A stretch of DNA of 64,000 bases from a virus (Duplodnaviria; Caudoviricetes): IMG/VR virus record IMGVR_UViG_2867207765_000001, positions 1-64,000 of that record; one strand, written 5' to 3'. The translations under genes and the position numbers were made by a program. Position 1 is the stretch's first letter. Every line of letters starts with the position of its first letter. The notes beneath the pieces were generated by a model, which worked only from the letters and a program-made list of their open reading frames with translations, searched no databases and was not told where the DNA came from. Of this stretch, positions 9,615 to 19,681 are shown piece by piece.

Positions 9615-10069
9615 TGCGGTGGTTCACCCGCGACGCCAGCACGCCGCCGGCTGAGCAGGTGGGCGGAGCGCCGCCAACCGCGACTGACCGGTACCGGGAC
9701 GGCCTCGACCAGCTGGCGGCAGCTGCACGTCAGGCGTCCGCAGTCATCTCACCCGCAGCGTTCTCCACACTGCGACGCATCGACGACGTCCTCCGCCCGA
9801 TGGTCAACGACCTAGAGGGATGCAGCATCCCCGCGGAGCAGGACGTCGCCGTGCAGCAGTTCATCCACGAGTTCGTTCCCGACACCCTCACCCTGTTCCT
9901 CGGGCTGCCCGCCGCGGACCAAGCAGACGGCGGCCGCGGCGACCAGATGCTCGTCGAACAGCTCACCGCAGTCGAGCAGGCGGCAGCAGACCTCGCAGAC
10001 CGTGCCCACGGCGACGCATTCAACGGAATGGAGGTGAACGCCCTGTTCCTTCGAGAAGCGTTGCGCTGA
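9614..10069 (+). CDS. Hypothetical helical protein, possibly XpaC-like TelA partner
   Basis: ..VPDTL..FL.LP, L.EQL, NALFL; Ter/TelA context. Confidence 0.5.
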   Translation: MRWFTRDASTPPAEQVGGAPPTATDRYRDGLDQLAAAARQASAVISPAAFSTLRRIDDVLRPMVNDLEGCSIPAEQDVAVQQFIHEFVPDTLTLFLGLPAADQADGGRGDQMLVEQLTAVEQAAADLADRAHGDAFNGMEVNALFLREALR

Positions 10070-10107
10070 CTGCCCTGCTGGCGGCCGGCATCGGGCATAG
10101 GCGCTGC

Positions 10108-10659
10108 ATGACCGTGAACCTGATGCCGGGGCAGAACATCAACCTGTCCGAGGTCCTCGGCGTGCAGCAGGAGGTGACGGTCGGTTTCCGCTGGCAGGTC
10201 ACCCGGTCCCATTCCGTGGAACCGGAAGTGGTGCCGATGGCGGTGCTGCTGACCGCGGACGGGAAGGCGCTTGACGCGGACGCGGCCGCGTTCTTCAACC
10301 AGCTCGACGTCGCCGACGGCGCCGCCCGGTACGTCTCCGGGGACGACCAGGAGCAGGTGGACCTCAACCTCGCTGGCCTGCCCGACTCGGTGGAGAAGGT
10401 GGTGTTCCTGCTGTTCGTCAATCCGGACCAGCGGCAGCCCGGCAGCTTCGACGCCGTCGACGGTGTCAGCACCCGCGTCGCTGACGCCAACGGCAGCACC
10501 ATCGCGGTGTTCGACGTTCCACCGGGGCAGCGGGGGTTGACGGTCATCGTCACCGGGGAGGTGTACCGGCACCGCGGACAGTGGAAGTACCGTGCGCTCG
10601 GGGACGGGTTCACCGGCGGCATCGTCGACGTCGCCGGCACGTACGGGGTCGCACTGTGA
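10108..10659 (+). CDS. Divergent TerD-family protein
   Basis: L.PGQN, FFNQ, DDQEQV.L.L..LP..VEKVVF, GEVYRHRGQWKYRALGDGF.GG. Confidence 0.85.
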   Translation: MTVNLMPGQNINLSEVLGVQQEVTVGFRWQVTRSHSVEPEVVPMAVLLTADGKALDADAAAFFNQLDVADGAARYVSGDDQEQVDLNLAGLPDSVEKVVFLLFVNPDQRQPGSFDAVDGVSTRVADANGSTIAVFDVPPGQRGLTVIVTGEVYRHRGQWKYRALGDGFTGGIVDVAGTYGVAL

Positions 10660-10817
10660 CCGCGCGGCTGCTCGGCGCGGCCATCGCCGCCGTCCTGCTG
10701 TTCATCCTCAGCGCGTCGACGTGGGGTGCCGGTGTCGCGTGCACGTGCGTTGTCAGCGTCGCCGCGGTCGCCGCCGGCGTGGTCCTGATGTTCCGGACGG
10801 GACGAGCGGACCGGTGA
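10656..10817 (+). CDS. Small membrane protein
   Basis: Two hydrophobic helices; translationally coupled. Confidence 0.5.
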   Translation: MTARLLGAAIAAVLLFILSASTWGAGVACTCVVSVAAVAAGVVLMFRTGRADR

Positions 10818-10999
10818 CCGCCGTTCGCATGGTCACCCTCGTCGCGGCCGCTGCCGGGTTCCTCATCTGTGCTGCGTTCCTGTTCGCCGTCGCCGGGCCC
10901 GACGCAGCGCTGTTCGCCGTGTCCGCACCAGTCCTCCTCGCCGCGGTGACGGGCGCCCTACTGCGCGTCACCGACCGCATCGGTGGAGGATCACGATGA
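10814..10999 (+). CDS. Small membrane protein
   Basis: Two hydrophobic helices; translationally coupled. Confidence 0.5.
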   Translation: MTAVRMVTLVAAAAGFLICAAFLFAVAGPDAALFAVSAPVLLAAVTGALLRVTDRIGGGSR

Positions 11000-11601
11000 C
11001 CGGCGCCACCGCACGCCGGCACTGGCCGTTCCTCACCCGCCGCCAACACCGCAGCGACGCACCACCAGCGCAGGTGACGGCGGGATCCCTGACGCTGCCG
11101 AGCCGTCACACGCTCGACCTCTCCACCCCCGCAGCTGTTACCGCCGCGCCCACCGACACAGCCCCAACGCCCCAGCGCTCAGCCGGCTTCGCAGCCGTTC
11201 GCGGCGCCGTCACCATCGACGGAGAGCACCCCACCGTGCGGCTCTCCGCGCTGCAGTCCGCCATCGGGTCGCTCCGCATCGACGGCGGTGCCACAGCCCT
11301 GTGGGAAACCAGCGACCGGACCACCGGGGTCGTAGGCCCAGCCGACCCCCTCGCGGCCGGATCCCGGCACGCAAACCGGCCACTCATCGAACGGGTCGGC
11401 AGCGCCATCATCATCAGCCTCAGACACGTGCACGACCTCCGCCGCCTCGTCATCGAACCGGCCGACCGCATCATCACCGTCGCCACAGCAGGTGAAGCAA
11501 CCATCACCGTCAACGGCACCCTGTACCTGCACCACCTCGGCGGCATCCTCGAACTCCGCGCCGAACCGGGCACCACCGTCAGCGATTACCGCGTCCCGTA
11601 A
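10996..11601 (+). CDS. Hypothetical protein (Ter cluster-associated)
   Basis: GGAGG RBS, ATGA overlap; no confident family. Confidence 0.6.
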   Translation: MTGATARRHWPFLTRRQHRSDAPPAQVTAGSLTLPSRHTLDLSTPAAVTAAPTDTAPTPQRSAGFAAVRGAVTIDGEHPTVRLSALQSAIGSLRIDGGATALWETSDRTTGVVGPADPLAAGSRHANRPLIERVGSAIIISLRHVHDLRRLVIEPADRIITVATAGEATITVNGTLYLHHLGGILELRAEPGTTVSDYRVP

Positions 11602-11746
11602 CTGGTGGGCGTGGACGGCGAAGCGCACCGAGGCCGCGTCCAATCACCGACCAACGTCACGACCAGGAACGCACACCCAGACGCTCCGGCAGCAACAGCA
11701 GCGGGGACCGCTCCGCCGCCTGATGCTCAGCCGCATAGGGGTGGGT

Positions 11747-12400
11747 ATGACAGCCAAGCAACGTCCGCTGCCGCCGTTCATCGGGTTCGGCGGGTATCTC
11801 CGGTCCGGGAAAGACACCATCGCCGACCATCTCGTCGACGCGCACGGGTTCGTGAAGCTGAACATGTCCGCGCCCATCCGGGACTTCCTCCTCGCGGTGA
11901 ACCCCATCATCTACGCGAAGCCGTTGACGAAGCGGCAAGCGCTCGCCGCACTGTTCGGCCGACCCGTCGACTACACGTACCTGCGGTACCGCGAGTACGA
12001 ACAGTTGGCCGGCGGGTACACGGAGGCGAAGAAGCATCCGGAAGCGCGAGCCCTCCTGCAGCGCATCGGCTACGACGGCGGCCGGCTCGTCATCGGAGAC
12101 GACGTGTGGACGAACCTCATCGCCCGCACCGTCGCCGAATACCGGCAGGCCGGAGTCGGCGTCATCATCTCCGGCATCCGGTTCCCGAACGAGCAGACCC
12201 TCGTCCGCGAGCACGGCGGCCGCCTCGTCTGGGTGGACCGTCCGTCCCTCCCCAAGCCGACGAACACCACCGCCGGTCACGCCACCGAGCAGACCCTCAC
12301 CGCCGACACGTTCGACGACGTCCTCGTCAACGACGGCTCCCTGACCGACCTGTACCGCGCCGGGGAGCGACTCCTCGGCCTCGAGGAGACCACCGCATGA
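11747..12400 (+). CDS. Deoxynucleoside monophosphate kinase (phage type)
   Basis: IGFGGYLRSGKDT, RALLQRIG..GR, IISGIRFPNE, H.TE, NDGSL. Confidence 0.88.
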   Translation: MTAKQRPLPPFIGFGGYLRSGKDTIADHLVDAHGFVKLNMSAPIRDFLLAVNPIIYAKPLTKRQALAALFGRPVDYTYLRYREYEQLAGGYTEAKKHPEARALLQRIGYDGGRLVIGDDVWTNLIARTVAEYRQAGVGVIISGIRFPNEQTLVREHGGRLVWVDRPSLPKPTNTTAGHATEQTLTADTFDDVLVNDGSLTDLYRAGERLLGLEETTA

Positions 12401-13035
12401 ACAGCAGCAACTACCGCGGCCTCTGGGTCACCTTCGAAGGCGGCGACGGAGTCGGGAAGAGCACCCAGGCGGAGTACGCACGCCAGTACCTCCGCAGCAT
12501 CGGCCGTGACGTCATCCGCACCCGCGAGCCTGGCGGCACCGAACTCGGCGTGCAGATCCGCCAACTCATCCTGCACGGGAAGGGCGACATCGACCCACAC
12601 GCGGAAGCGCTGCTGTTCGCCGCGGACCGCGCCCAGCACGTCCGTGCGTACGTCAAGCCGAACCTCGCCGCCGGCGTCGACGTCATTCAGGACCGGTACC
12701 TGGACTCCTCCGTCGCCTACCAGGGTGCCGGCCGCGACCTCGACCCAGAGGAAGTGCGGCACCTCAGCGTGTGGGCGACCGAGGGAGCGCTCCCGGAACT
12801 GACCATCCTCCTCGACCTGGACCCCGCCATCGCCGCCGCCCGCGTCGGTGGTCGTGGCGCCGCGGACCGCATCGAAGCGGAGCCGAACGAGTTCCGGAAG
12901 CGGCTGCGGGCAGAGTTCCTCCTGCAGGCAGACCGGGACCCTGACCGGTTCGTCATCATCGACGCTCGACTCACCGAGGTGGAAGTCGCCGCCCGAGTCC
13001 GCGCCGCCATCACCAAACGCCTCCTCAGCCGATGA
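12397..13035 (+). CDS. tmk: Thymidylate kinase
   Basis: TFEGGDGVGKSTQ, TREPGGT, EALLFAADRAQH, DRY.DSS.AYQG. Confidence 0.96.
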   Translation: MNSSNYRGLWVTFEGGDGVGKSTQAEYARQYLRSIGRDVIRTREPGGTELGVQIRQLILHGKGDIDPHAEALLFAADRAQHVRAYVKPNLAAGVDVIQDRYLDSSVAYQGAGRDLDPEEVRHLSVWATEGALPELTILLDLDPAIAAARVGGRGAADRIEAEPNEFRKRLRAEFLLQADRDPDRFVIIDARLTEVEVAARVRAAITKRLLSR

Positions 13036-13658
13036 GCGCCAACCACCCGCTGCGGCAAGCAGCGAAGACCCTGTCACGGCGAACCGGGAACCGCGCCATC
13101 CGGTGGGGTGTCGGAAGCGCCGTCGTCCTCATCGGCATCGCCGCGCTCGCCGGCTACTCCGCGCAGTCCACCTGGGTTTCGGAGACCACCGCGAACGCCG
13201 ACACGGTCGCAAACTACGAGAACCAGACCCTCAAGACCGACGCGAAGGTCACCCGCAGCTCCGAGGCGAACGCGGTGTACACGGAGATCAAACGAACCTA
13301 CGGGTCGCAGTGGAACAACCTCGTCACCTACATCAGCACCACCCGCACCCGCCAGGCAGCCAGCGCGCATGCCGAAGCAAGCCGCGTCGCCGCGAAACTC
13401 GTGTTCCCGAACCTCCGCGCCGACTATCAGTCATGGGCGACAGAGCGCGCGGAATCGGAACCAGCTCTCTCCGCCGAGCAGCAGGCGGAGCTTGACGTGT
13501 ACTCCGTCTACGAGCAGACCTGCCAGGACTGGTACCACCAGAAGACGCAGCAGGACACCATCAACCGGTTCCAGAATGAATTCGCTCCCGCGAACGCCAC
13601 CATCGTCGAGATCCGAGCCACGGAACTAGCTCTGAACCAGTGCAAGGGCACCGCATGA
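13032..13658 (+). CDS. Membrane-anchored/secreted hypothetical protein
   Basis: N-terminal TM helix, Cys pair. Confidence 0.65.
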   Translation: MSANHPLRQAAKTLSRRTGNRAIRWGVGSAVVLIGIAALAGYSAQSTWVSETTANADTVANYENQTLKTDAKVTRSSEANAVYTEIKRTYGSQWNNLVTYISTTRTRQAASAHAEASRVAAKLVFPNLRADYQSWATERAESEPALSAEQQAELDVYSVYEQTCQDWYHQKTQQDTINRFQNEFAPANATIVEIRATELALNQCKGTA

Positions 13659-14155
13659 GCCACCGGAAGAGCACCAGCAAGCGCTACACGAACAGCACCT
13701 CGAAGCCGGCGGCAGCCGCCATCCGCCGCCGGCTCCTGCCAGCCACCCGCAGCGGATGGCGGCTGACAATTCTCGGCACCTTCACCGGCATCACCGCCGC
13801 CGCTGTCCCCACCGGCTGGTTCGTCGGGAAGCACCTCGACGACGAAGGCACGTTCCTGATGGTGAGCTTCGTGCTGCCGTTCCTACTGTCCCTACCTGCC
13901 GCCGCTGGATACCTCGCCATCGCAGCCCGAGGCGCGCTGGAACGACTGCCACGCATCCGGTTCAGCAGCTGGCCAGCCAAGAGTCGCAGCGTCGTCTGCA
14001 CCGCCATCGGCATCGCCGCATCAGCCGGCGTCGCCGTCGGCATCCAAGTCGTCCTCGGAAATATTCCCGTCGGGCTGCTCGCTGCCGCAGCGCTCGCCGC
14101 AGCCGCCGCGGTGTCGGACATCGTCGCCGTCATCCGCCGCAGATTCGTCGCATAG
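13655..14155 (+). CDS. Four-TM membrane protein
   Basis: Hydrophobic segments; coupled to upstream gene. Confidence 0.6.
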   Translation: MSHRKSTSKRYTNSTSKPAAAAIRRRLLPATRSGWRLTILGTFTGITAAAVPTGWFVGKHLDDEGTFLMVSFVLPFLLSLPAAAGYLAIAARGALERLPRIRFSSWPAKSRSVVCTAIGIAASAGVAVGIQVVLGNIPVGLLAAAALAAAAAVSDIVAVIRRRFVA

Positions 14156-14163
14156 AAGCAACC

Positions 14164-14853
14164 GTGCACAGAACATCGACCCTGGCCACGCCGACGAGTC
14201 AGCCCACCCGGCAGCTACCGGGAACCCCGACCCTCATCAAGCAGGACGGCTACACCCACGTTGTCCTCGTCGCCGGGTACGCGGGCAGCGGCAAAAGCGA
14301 GTTCAGCAAGCGCGTCGCCGAAGGGCTCGCATGGCCGGTGCTGGACAAGGACGTCATGACTGGCCCCCTCGTGGAAGGGCTCATCGGACGGATCTCCGGC
14401 GACCCGAACGACCGGCACTCCCCGGCGTACCTGACGCTGGTGCGTCCGCTCGAGTACCAGGGACTACTCGACGCAACCCTCGACAACGTCCGCGCGGGTG
14501 TGTCCGTCGTCGTCACCGCACCGTTCCTGCAGGAGCTGCAGCGCCCGCAGTGGGTGACATGGCTGCACAACGCGTTGAAGGCACATGGAGCGCGCCTGCA
14601 CATCGTGTGGGTGGACTGCGACGAGGAAATGATGCGGGCCCGCATCACCCAGCGCGGTGCCGGCCGCGACACTTGGAAGCTCGCCAACTGGTCTGACTAC
14701 ATCGCCGACATCAACCCCGCCCCGTACCGGAACGCCGCAGATCAGGTGGTCGACAACACTCTCGAAGCGTTCACCTCCCTCGACGAAGCAGCATCCCGGT
14801 TCATTGCCTCCGTCGCAGCGCCCCTCGCTCCCGTCCGCGCACCCATCTGGTAG
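14164..14853 (+). CDS. P-loop kinase (AAA_33 / polynucleotide-kinase-like)
   Basis: LVAGYAGSGKS, LDKD, SVVVTAPF, R.RI..RG..RD.WKL..W. Confidence 0.8.
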   Translation: MHRTSTLATPTSQPTRQLPGTPTLIKQDGYTHVVLVAGYAGSGKSEFSKRVAEGLAWPVLDKDVMTGPLVEGLIGRISGDPNDRHSPAYLTLVRPLEYQGLLDATLDNVRAGVSVVVTAPFLQELQRPQWVTWLHNALKAHGARLHIVWVDCDEEMMRARITQRGAGRDTWKLANWSDYIADINPAPYRNAADQVVDNTLEAFTSLDEAASRFIASVAAPLAPVRAPIW

Positions 14854-14864
14854 CCGAAACGTCG

Positions 14865-14899
14865 AACGCCCCGTCACTTTCAAGGTGACGGGGCGTTTT
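14865..14899. terminator. Intrinsic terminator between convergent genes
   Basis: AACGCCCCGTCACTT-TC-AAGGTGACGGGGCGTTTT. Confidence 0.8.
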
Positions 14900-14929
14900 G
14901 CTTTGCGTCGACGGATGGAGCAGACGACG

Positions 14930-15166
14930 TCAGAGCACGAAGAAGGACACCACCATCGCCGCTACACCAACCACGATGGCGGCTTTCCCCAGCCCGGACA
15001 GCATCACCGACAGCTGCCGCACCAACACGAAACCAGCGTCCGTGCGCGCCAGACGCGCGGCGAGGAACACCGGGCGGGCAACGAACTGCGCGGCGACACC
15101 GGCGACACCAATGATGAAGAGAGTGTTGAGGATGACGTTCAGCATGAGGGGTTCTTCCGTCGACAA
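14930..15166 (-). CDS. Small two-TM membrane protein
   Basis: Hydrophobic; upstream CCGCGCATAG on minus strand. Confidence 0.55.
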   Translation of the reverse strand: MSTEEPLMLNVILNTLFIIGVAGVAAQFVARPVFLAARLARTDAGFVLVRQLSVMLSGLGKAAIVVGVAAMVVSFFVL

Positions 15167-15322
15167 ATATAGCGATGACGGCGGTCGCCCCTGGCGAACC
15201 TCTCGGCATCACCTCTATGCGCGGACGACAGCGAATCCATGCACTGCTTCCTCTTTCTCGCCGCATCAGCAGGAGCTGTCCCCGCCACCGCGCCGGACGA
15301 ACCCACGCCCGGAGCAGCCCCG

Positions 15323-15772
15323 ATGCCCTTCTTCCGTCAGCACACCGTCGTCCTCGGCGACCCGCACCGCGACGCCGCCAACTCGATGTTCCGCACCGAC
15401 TTCTGGGGCCTGCTATTCAGCGTGGACAGCCCCGCCGGCACCTGGGGTAGAGCATGGCGCGCCGCCATCGCAGCGGCTCCCATCGCCGCGGCCGCATCCG
15501 CGTTGACCGCGCTCACCATCTGGGGCTGCTGCATCGTCCCCACCCAAGACCACCGAGCGGTGCAAGCCGTCGAAACCGGCTGCCACCTCGAAGACAGCAA
15601 CCTCAGCCGCACCATCACCGGAAGCAGCAGCGGCCGCATCCGCATCAACGGCACCGTCAACTACACCGACAGCAGCGGTGACACCCTCGCCGGCTGGGTG
15701 CAGAACAACCGGGTCCGGTTCGTCACCATCGACACCGGCGCAACCATCTGCAGCATCCCCGACCGCTACTGA
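15323..15772 (+). CDS. Hypothetical membrane protein
   Basis: GGAG RBS, one TM helix. Confidence 0.55.
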   Translation: MPFFRQHTVVLGDPHRDAANSMFRTDFWGLLFSVDSPAGTWGRAWRAAIAAAPIAAAASALTALTIWGCCIVPTQDHRAVQAVETGCHLEDSNLSRTITGSSSGRIRINGTVNYTDSSGDTLAGWVQNNRVRFVTIDTGATICSIPDRY

Positions 15773-15809
15773 CCGCACGCCTCCCGCGCCGCCCGCGCAT
15801 AGAGGCAGC

Positions 15810-16598
15810 ATGCCCCAGCAGCAGACCGCACCGGACACCACCGACGTCGGCGACGTGTTCAAGGCCCGGGAACGGATGCACCGCGCCGTCCTCCCCGCCG
15901 ACGAATACGTCATCCTCCGCCTCGACGGTCGGGCGTTCCACACCTACTGCCGGGACCTGAACAAGCCGTACGACCTGCAGTTCATGGCGGACATGGACGC
16001 CGCCACGCTCGCGCTCAGCGAGCACATCTCCGGGGTTCGACTCGCGTACGTGCAGTCCGACGAGATCAGCCTCATCATCACCGCATGGACGCCGGAGAAC
16101 CCCGCCGGACAGCTGATGTTCGGCGGTGCGACGCAGAAACTCGTCAGCGTCACCGCCTCCCGCGCAGCGTCGGTGTTCAACCGGCTCCGCCCAACGGCAC
16201 CCATCGCCGACTTCGACGCCCGCGTGTTCACCCTCCCCACCCGGGACGACGTCCGCAGCTACCTCGCGTGGCGGCAAAGCGACGCACGACGGAACACCCT
16301 GTCGATGCTCGCCCGGACCGTCTTCTCCGCCCGCACCCTGCACGGGCTGTCCTCCGACCAGCAGCGTCAGCTGCTGCGCGACAACGGCCATGAACCGAAC
16401 ACGCTGCCGGCACGGTTCCGGAACGGCCGCGTCGTCGTCACCACCCTGACGCCGACCACCACAACGTTCAAGCACGGGAACACCGGACGGGTCCAAACCG
16501 TTGAGACCACCAGGCGCACGCGCAGCACCGTTCCCGCCCCGAACTTCGTCTCGGGCGACGGCGACCACCTCATCCCCGCGGAGCCGCCCACCCTCTAG
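15810..16598 (+). CDS. tRNA(His) guanylyltransferase Thg1-like protein
   Basis: ILRLDGRAFH, AYVQSDEISL, QKLVS, FDARV, YLAWRQ.DA.RN. Confidence 0.93.
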   Translation: MPQQQTAPDTTDVGDVFKARERMHRAVLPADEYVILRLDGRAFHTYCRDLNKPYDLQFMADMDAATLALSEHISGVRLAYVQSDEISLIITAWTPENPAGQLMFGGATQKLVSVTASRAASVFNRLRPTAPIADFDARVFTLPTRDDVRSYLAWRQSDARRNTLSMLARTVFSARTLHGLSSDQQRQLLRDNGHEPNTLPARFRNGRVVVTTLTPTTTTFKHGNTGRVQTVETTRRTRSTVPAPNFVSGDGDHLIPAEPPTL

Positions 16599-16646
16599 CC
16601 GCGCCCCATCCTTCTCGCGACCCCAGCCACAACCCAAGGAGCACCC

Positions 16647-16877
16647 GTGCCGCAGTCCGCGCCCGCCATCGAGTCCATCACCCCCACCGCCACCACCGAG
16701 CGGACCTTCACCAGCAACGACCGCTGCGACGCCTGCGGAGCACAGGCATACGTCGCCGCGACGTTCCTCGCCTCGGAGCTGCTGTTCTGCGGCCACCACT
16801 ACCGCAAGCACCAGAACGCCATCGAGGAGCAGGCCGCGTACGTCCTCGACCGCACGGACACCATCGCCGCGAAGTAG
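16647..16877 (+). CDS. Small actinobacterial Zn-binding protein
   Basis: DRCDACGAQAY...LLFCGHH; AAGGAG RBS. Confidence 0.8.
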   Translation: MPQSAPAIESITPTATTERTFTSNDRCDACGAQAYVAATFLASELLFCGHHYRKHQNAIEEQAAYVLDRTDTIAAK

Positions 16878-17014
16878 CTCAGTCACAGCCCGGTAGCAAA
16901 ACCGCGGCCGGTTCGCCCTCTGAGGCATAGAACCGGTCGCGGTTCGCGCATTGGCGGTCCGCACTCCCGACAGTTGGAGCCACCCGGGCTCCTACCCGAC
17001 AGAGGGAAGGACCA

Positions 17015-17707
17015 ATGCGTCTCACTCGAACTCACGCGACTATCGCCGCCATCACCATGGCGGTCACCGCAGGAGCAACCATCACGTCCGGATCGCTCGC
17101 ATTCGCAGACCCGGTCCTCACCGCGCAGTCCGCGCCGACAGCAGCGGTCGCGCGACCACATCCGTTGCCGAAGCCAGCAGAACAGACCTACACCGCGCCG
17201 GACTCCACAACCGTCGCCGACGTCAGCCGCGACGGATTCACGGTCACCGCCCCGAAGCCGAAGCCGAAGGCGAAAGCTGTTCCGACGCCGGCCCCGGCCG
17301 CGGCGACGCCCGCAGCGGCAGCAGTCGCACACGCAGCGGCTGCGACAGCAGTCACCCCAGCAACCGTCACGTCGCAGGTGCCAGCAGCGACGACATGGGA
17401 CACCAGTGCCGGCTCCAACCAGGCGTACGCGTCATCACAGCTCGCCTCCTACGGCTGGGGGCAGGACCAGATGGGATGCCTGGTGAGCTTGTGGAACCAG
17501 GAGTCCTCCTGGAACCCGTCCGCGGAGAACCCCTCCGGCGCGTACGGCATCCCACAGGCGTTGCCCGGCAGCAAGATGTCGTCCGCCGGCGCCGACTGGC
17601 AGACGAACCCGCACACGCAGATCACCTGGGGCCTGCAGTACATCCAGGGCACCTACGGAATCCCGTGCGCCGCGTGGTCGCACGAAACCTCCGCCGGCTG
17701 GTACTGA
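17015..17707 (+). CDS. Secreted lytic transglycosylase-like protein
   Basis: Signal peptide, Ala/Pro linker, CL..LW.QESSWNP.A.N.SGAYGIPQALPGSKM, TQI.WGL.YI...YG.PC.AW. Confidence 0.9.
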   Translation: MRLTRTHATIAAITMAVTAGATITSGSLAFADPVLTAQSAPTAAVARPHPLPKPAEQTYTAPDSTTVADVSRDGFTVTAPKPKPKAKAVPTPAPAAATPAAAAVAHAAAATAVTPATVTSQVPAATTWDTSAGSNQAYASSQLASYGWGQDQMGCLVSLWNQESSWNPSAENPSGAYGIPQALPGSKMSSAGADWQTNPHTQITWGLQYIQGTYGIPCAAWSHETSAGWY

Positions 17708-17791
17708 CCACTGCCGACCCCGACGGCCCGCCCACTGTGAGAACGGTGCGCGGGCCGTTCCGCGTTACAGACCGCCGCATACACGTAGGGC

Positions 17792-18007
17792 ATGACGGTC
17801 CTCGACACTGACGCCTTCATCACCCTCCGAGCGGACAGCAACGTCCACGCTCACCATCCCCGATTCGCGGCGACAGGGCCGTTCCGCACCATCGTGGTGC
17901 GGGACCTTCCCGGAGCGTTCGGAGACCCGCTCGTCCACCGTGTGCTCCTGGAATCGGTGACGGAGCCCGGCCTGCAAGTGTGGGTGTCGGACACCGACAT
18001 CAGCTGA
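17792..18007 (+). CDS. Hypothetical protein
   Basis: Upstream CGCATAC motif. Confidence 0.5.
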   Translation: MTVLDTDAFITLRADSNVHAHHPRFAATGPFRTIVVRDLPGAFGDPLVHRVLLESVTEPGLQVWVSDTDIS

Positions 18008-18062
18008 AGGAGGATGTCGGTGGCAGCGGCGAAGCTACCCCCATTCGGGAAGGACAACGCGA

Positions 18063-18404
18063 ATGGGTATCACCGACACACTCGCTCCGGCGTTCACCAT
18101 CGACTACCGGTGGACGGTGACTCTAGAGCGTGACACGCGCGCCGCTCGAGGGGAATCAACCCCGCCCTCCGGCACCCGCACGGCCGGTTGGGTGGTCACC
18201 TGCCGCGACCAAAGCGGGCAGGTGGTGTTCATCTCCGGTTGGAAAGGTGACCTCGGCGACGTCGCCAGGCGCACCGTCGCCGCGCTCACCGACGTGCATG
18301 GGCCGTCAGTGCCCGGCCAGGTGAAGCACACCGTTGCCGGGTCAGCGGCGGAGTTCCGGTCCCTGGTCGGGACGACAACGGAGCTCGCCCTCGCCGCCGC
18401 ATGA
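18063..18404 (+). CDS. Hypothetical protein
   Basis: AAGGA RBS; coding-like composition. Confidence 0.55.
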   Translation: MGITDTLAPAFTIDYRWTVTLERDTRAARGESTPPSGTRTAGWVVTCRDQSGQVVFISGWKGDLGDVARRTVAALTDVHGPSVPGQVKHTVAGSAAEFRSLVGTTTELALAAA

Positions 18405-18459
18405 AACGACGAACGCGGCCGGAGTCGGAAGACTGCGGCCGCGTGCGTCGAACGTTTGG

Positions 18460-18624
18460 TCAGAAGATCCGGAACGACAGACCTGGCGCGAGGCGGATGC
18501 TGATGTGACCGCGGCTGTTGATGGTGACCGGTCCGAGCTTCTTCGTCACGGACACCCCGCTCTTCGACATGTTCACGCGCGTGTTCTTGCCGGCCCTGAT
18601 GGTCTTGCGGTAGATGAGGCCCAT
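18460..18624 (-). CDS. DUF4236-like small basic protein
   Basis: MGL.YRK.I..G...R.N.SKSG.S...G...N.RG......PGL.F. Confidence 0.75.
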   Translation of the reverse strand: MGLIYRKTIRAGKNTRVNMSKSGVSVTKKLGPVTINSRGHISIRLAPGLSFRIF

Positions 18625-18705
18625 GACGTGTCCTTCCGGTGGTGGTGAGTGGCCGTCGGATACGGCCACACGATGTATGCGCGGAACATCTCAGTTCCGT
18701 GCGGT

Positions 18706-19218
18706 CTACGGCTTCCGGACGACCGGGAGGTGTCCAGCGAGAGCGTTCCCCGCTGCCTGGTCCAGCCACGTGATGTGCGCGGTCGGGTCCTCCGACCGGT
18801 ACACGCGGGCGAGCGGGTGGTCGTTGAACTTCACCGTCTCCGCCTCGTACAGGTGCGCGAACGGCGTCTGACCAATCCGTTCGATGTCACGGGCTTCGGA
18901 CGCGACCGCGGACAGCACCCGGTGAGCCAGGACTCGGTCCGCTTCGGTCGCGAGGATACCGTCCTCCCCAACCTCCGCCGGCGACGCCACGACGACCTCC
19001 TCGGTGACATTCGCGTCCCCGACGCCGAGCGCCCGGTTCAGGTCCTGGCGGAGCGCCTCCACCTCAGCGTCACGGGCATCCCAGCCTGCCTCGAACGTGC
19101 CCCGCGCCGACGAGTAGTGCGGGGACGCAGGGGTCAGCCGCTCACCGTTCGGCGCAGTCGCGGTCCGCAGGTACTCCTGCCACTTGGTCTCACGGTCGAA
19201 ATCGGTCAACGACGACAT
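18706..19218 (-). CDS. Hypothetical phage-like protein
   Basis: AGGAG RBS; F.AGW.AR motif. Confidence 0.65.
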   Translation of the reverse strand: MSSLTDFDRETKWQEYLRTATAPNGERLTPASPHYSSARGTFEAGWDARDAEVEALRQDLNRALGVGDANVTEEVVVASPAEVGEDGILATEADRVLAHRVLSAVASEARDIERIGQTPFAHLYEAETVKFNDHPLARVYRSEDPTAHITWLDQAAGNALAGHLPVVRKP

Positions 19219-19290
19219 GCATGCTCCTGCTGTACGGGTCCAGCGCGCTTGATACGCCGGCTCTTCGCAGCAGAGGTATGCGGCGAAACG

Positions 19291-19656
19291 TCAGTCCCGG
19301 AACTCCAACCGCAGCCCCAGCGACTCCGCCTGCCGTTCAAACTCCGGCCACAGCCACGACGGCACCGCCGCTTCAGCGCCGCGACCGTCACCGGCGAACA
19401 CCTGTGCCGCCTGCCGAAGTGTTTCCACCTCCCGCAGCAGATTCGTCCGCATCGGCTCGGGCGCGTTCTTCGCGTACTCCTCACGCCCCTTCGCCAACGT
19501 CAGTAGCAGCAGCGACGAACGGAGGAACGCATCCTCACCTGCAGTCGATGACGCCTGCGCGGCGTGCGCGGCACGGAACCGTTCCGCTGCCTCCGCCTCA
19601 TCTGCGTCCGCTCGACGCACCATCCGAGCAAGGTACGGCGGCATGTCATCAGTCAT
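19291..19656 (-). CDS. Hypothetical protein
   Basis: ATG 8 nt after GGCATAG motif. Confidence 0.6.
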   Translation of the reverse strand: MTDDMPPYLARMVRRADADEAEAAERFRAAHAAQASSTAGEDAFLRSSLLLLTLAKGREEYAKNAPEPMRTNLLREVETLRQAAQVFAGDGRGAEAAVPSWLWPEFERQAESLGLRLEFRD

Positions 19657-19681
19657 GCGGGTCCCTATGCCGCGGCGCCGG

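Noticed and set aside
16931-17014. c-di-AMP (ydaO) riboswitch upstream of the transglycosylase
   Set aside because: Leader is too short and lacks recognisable conserved motifs
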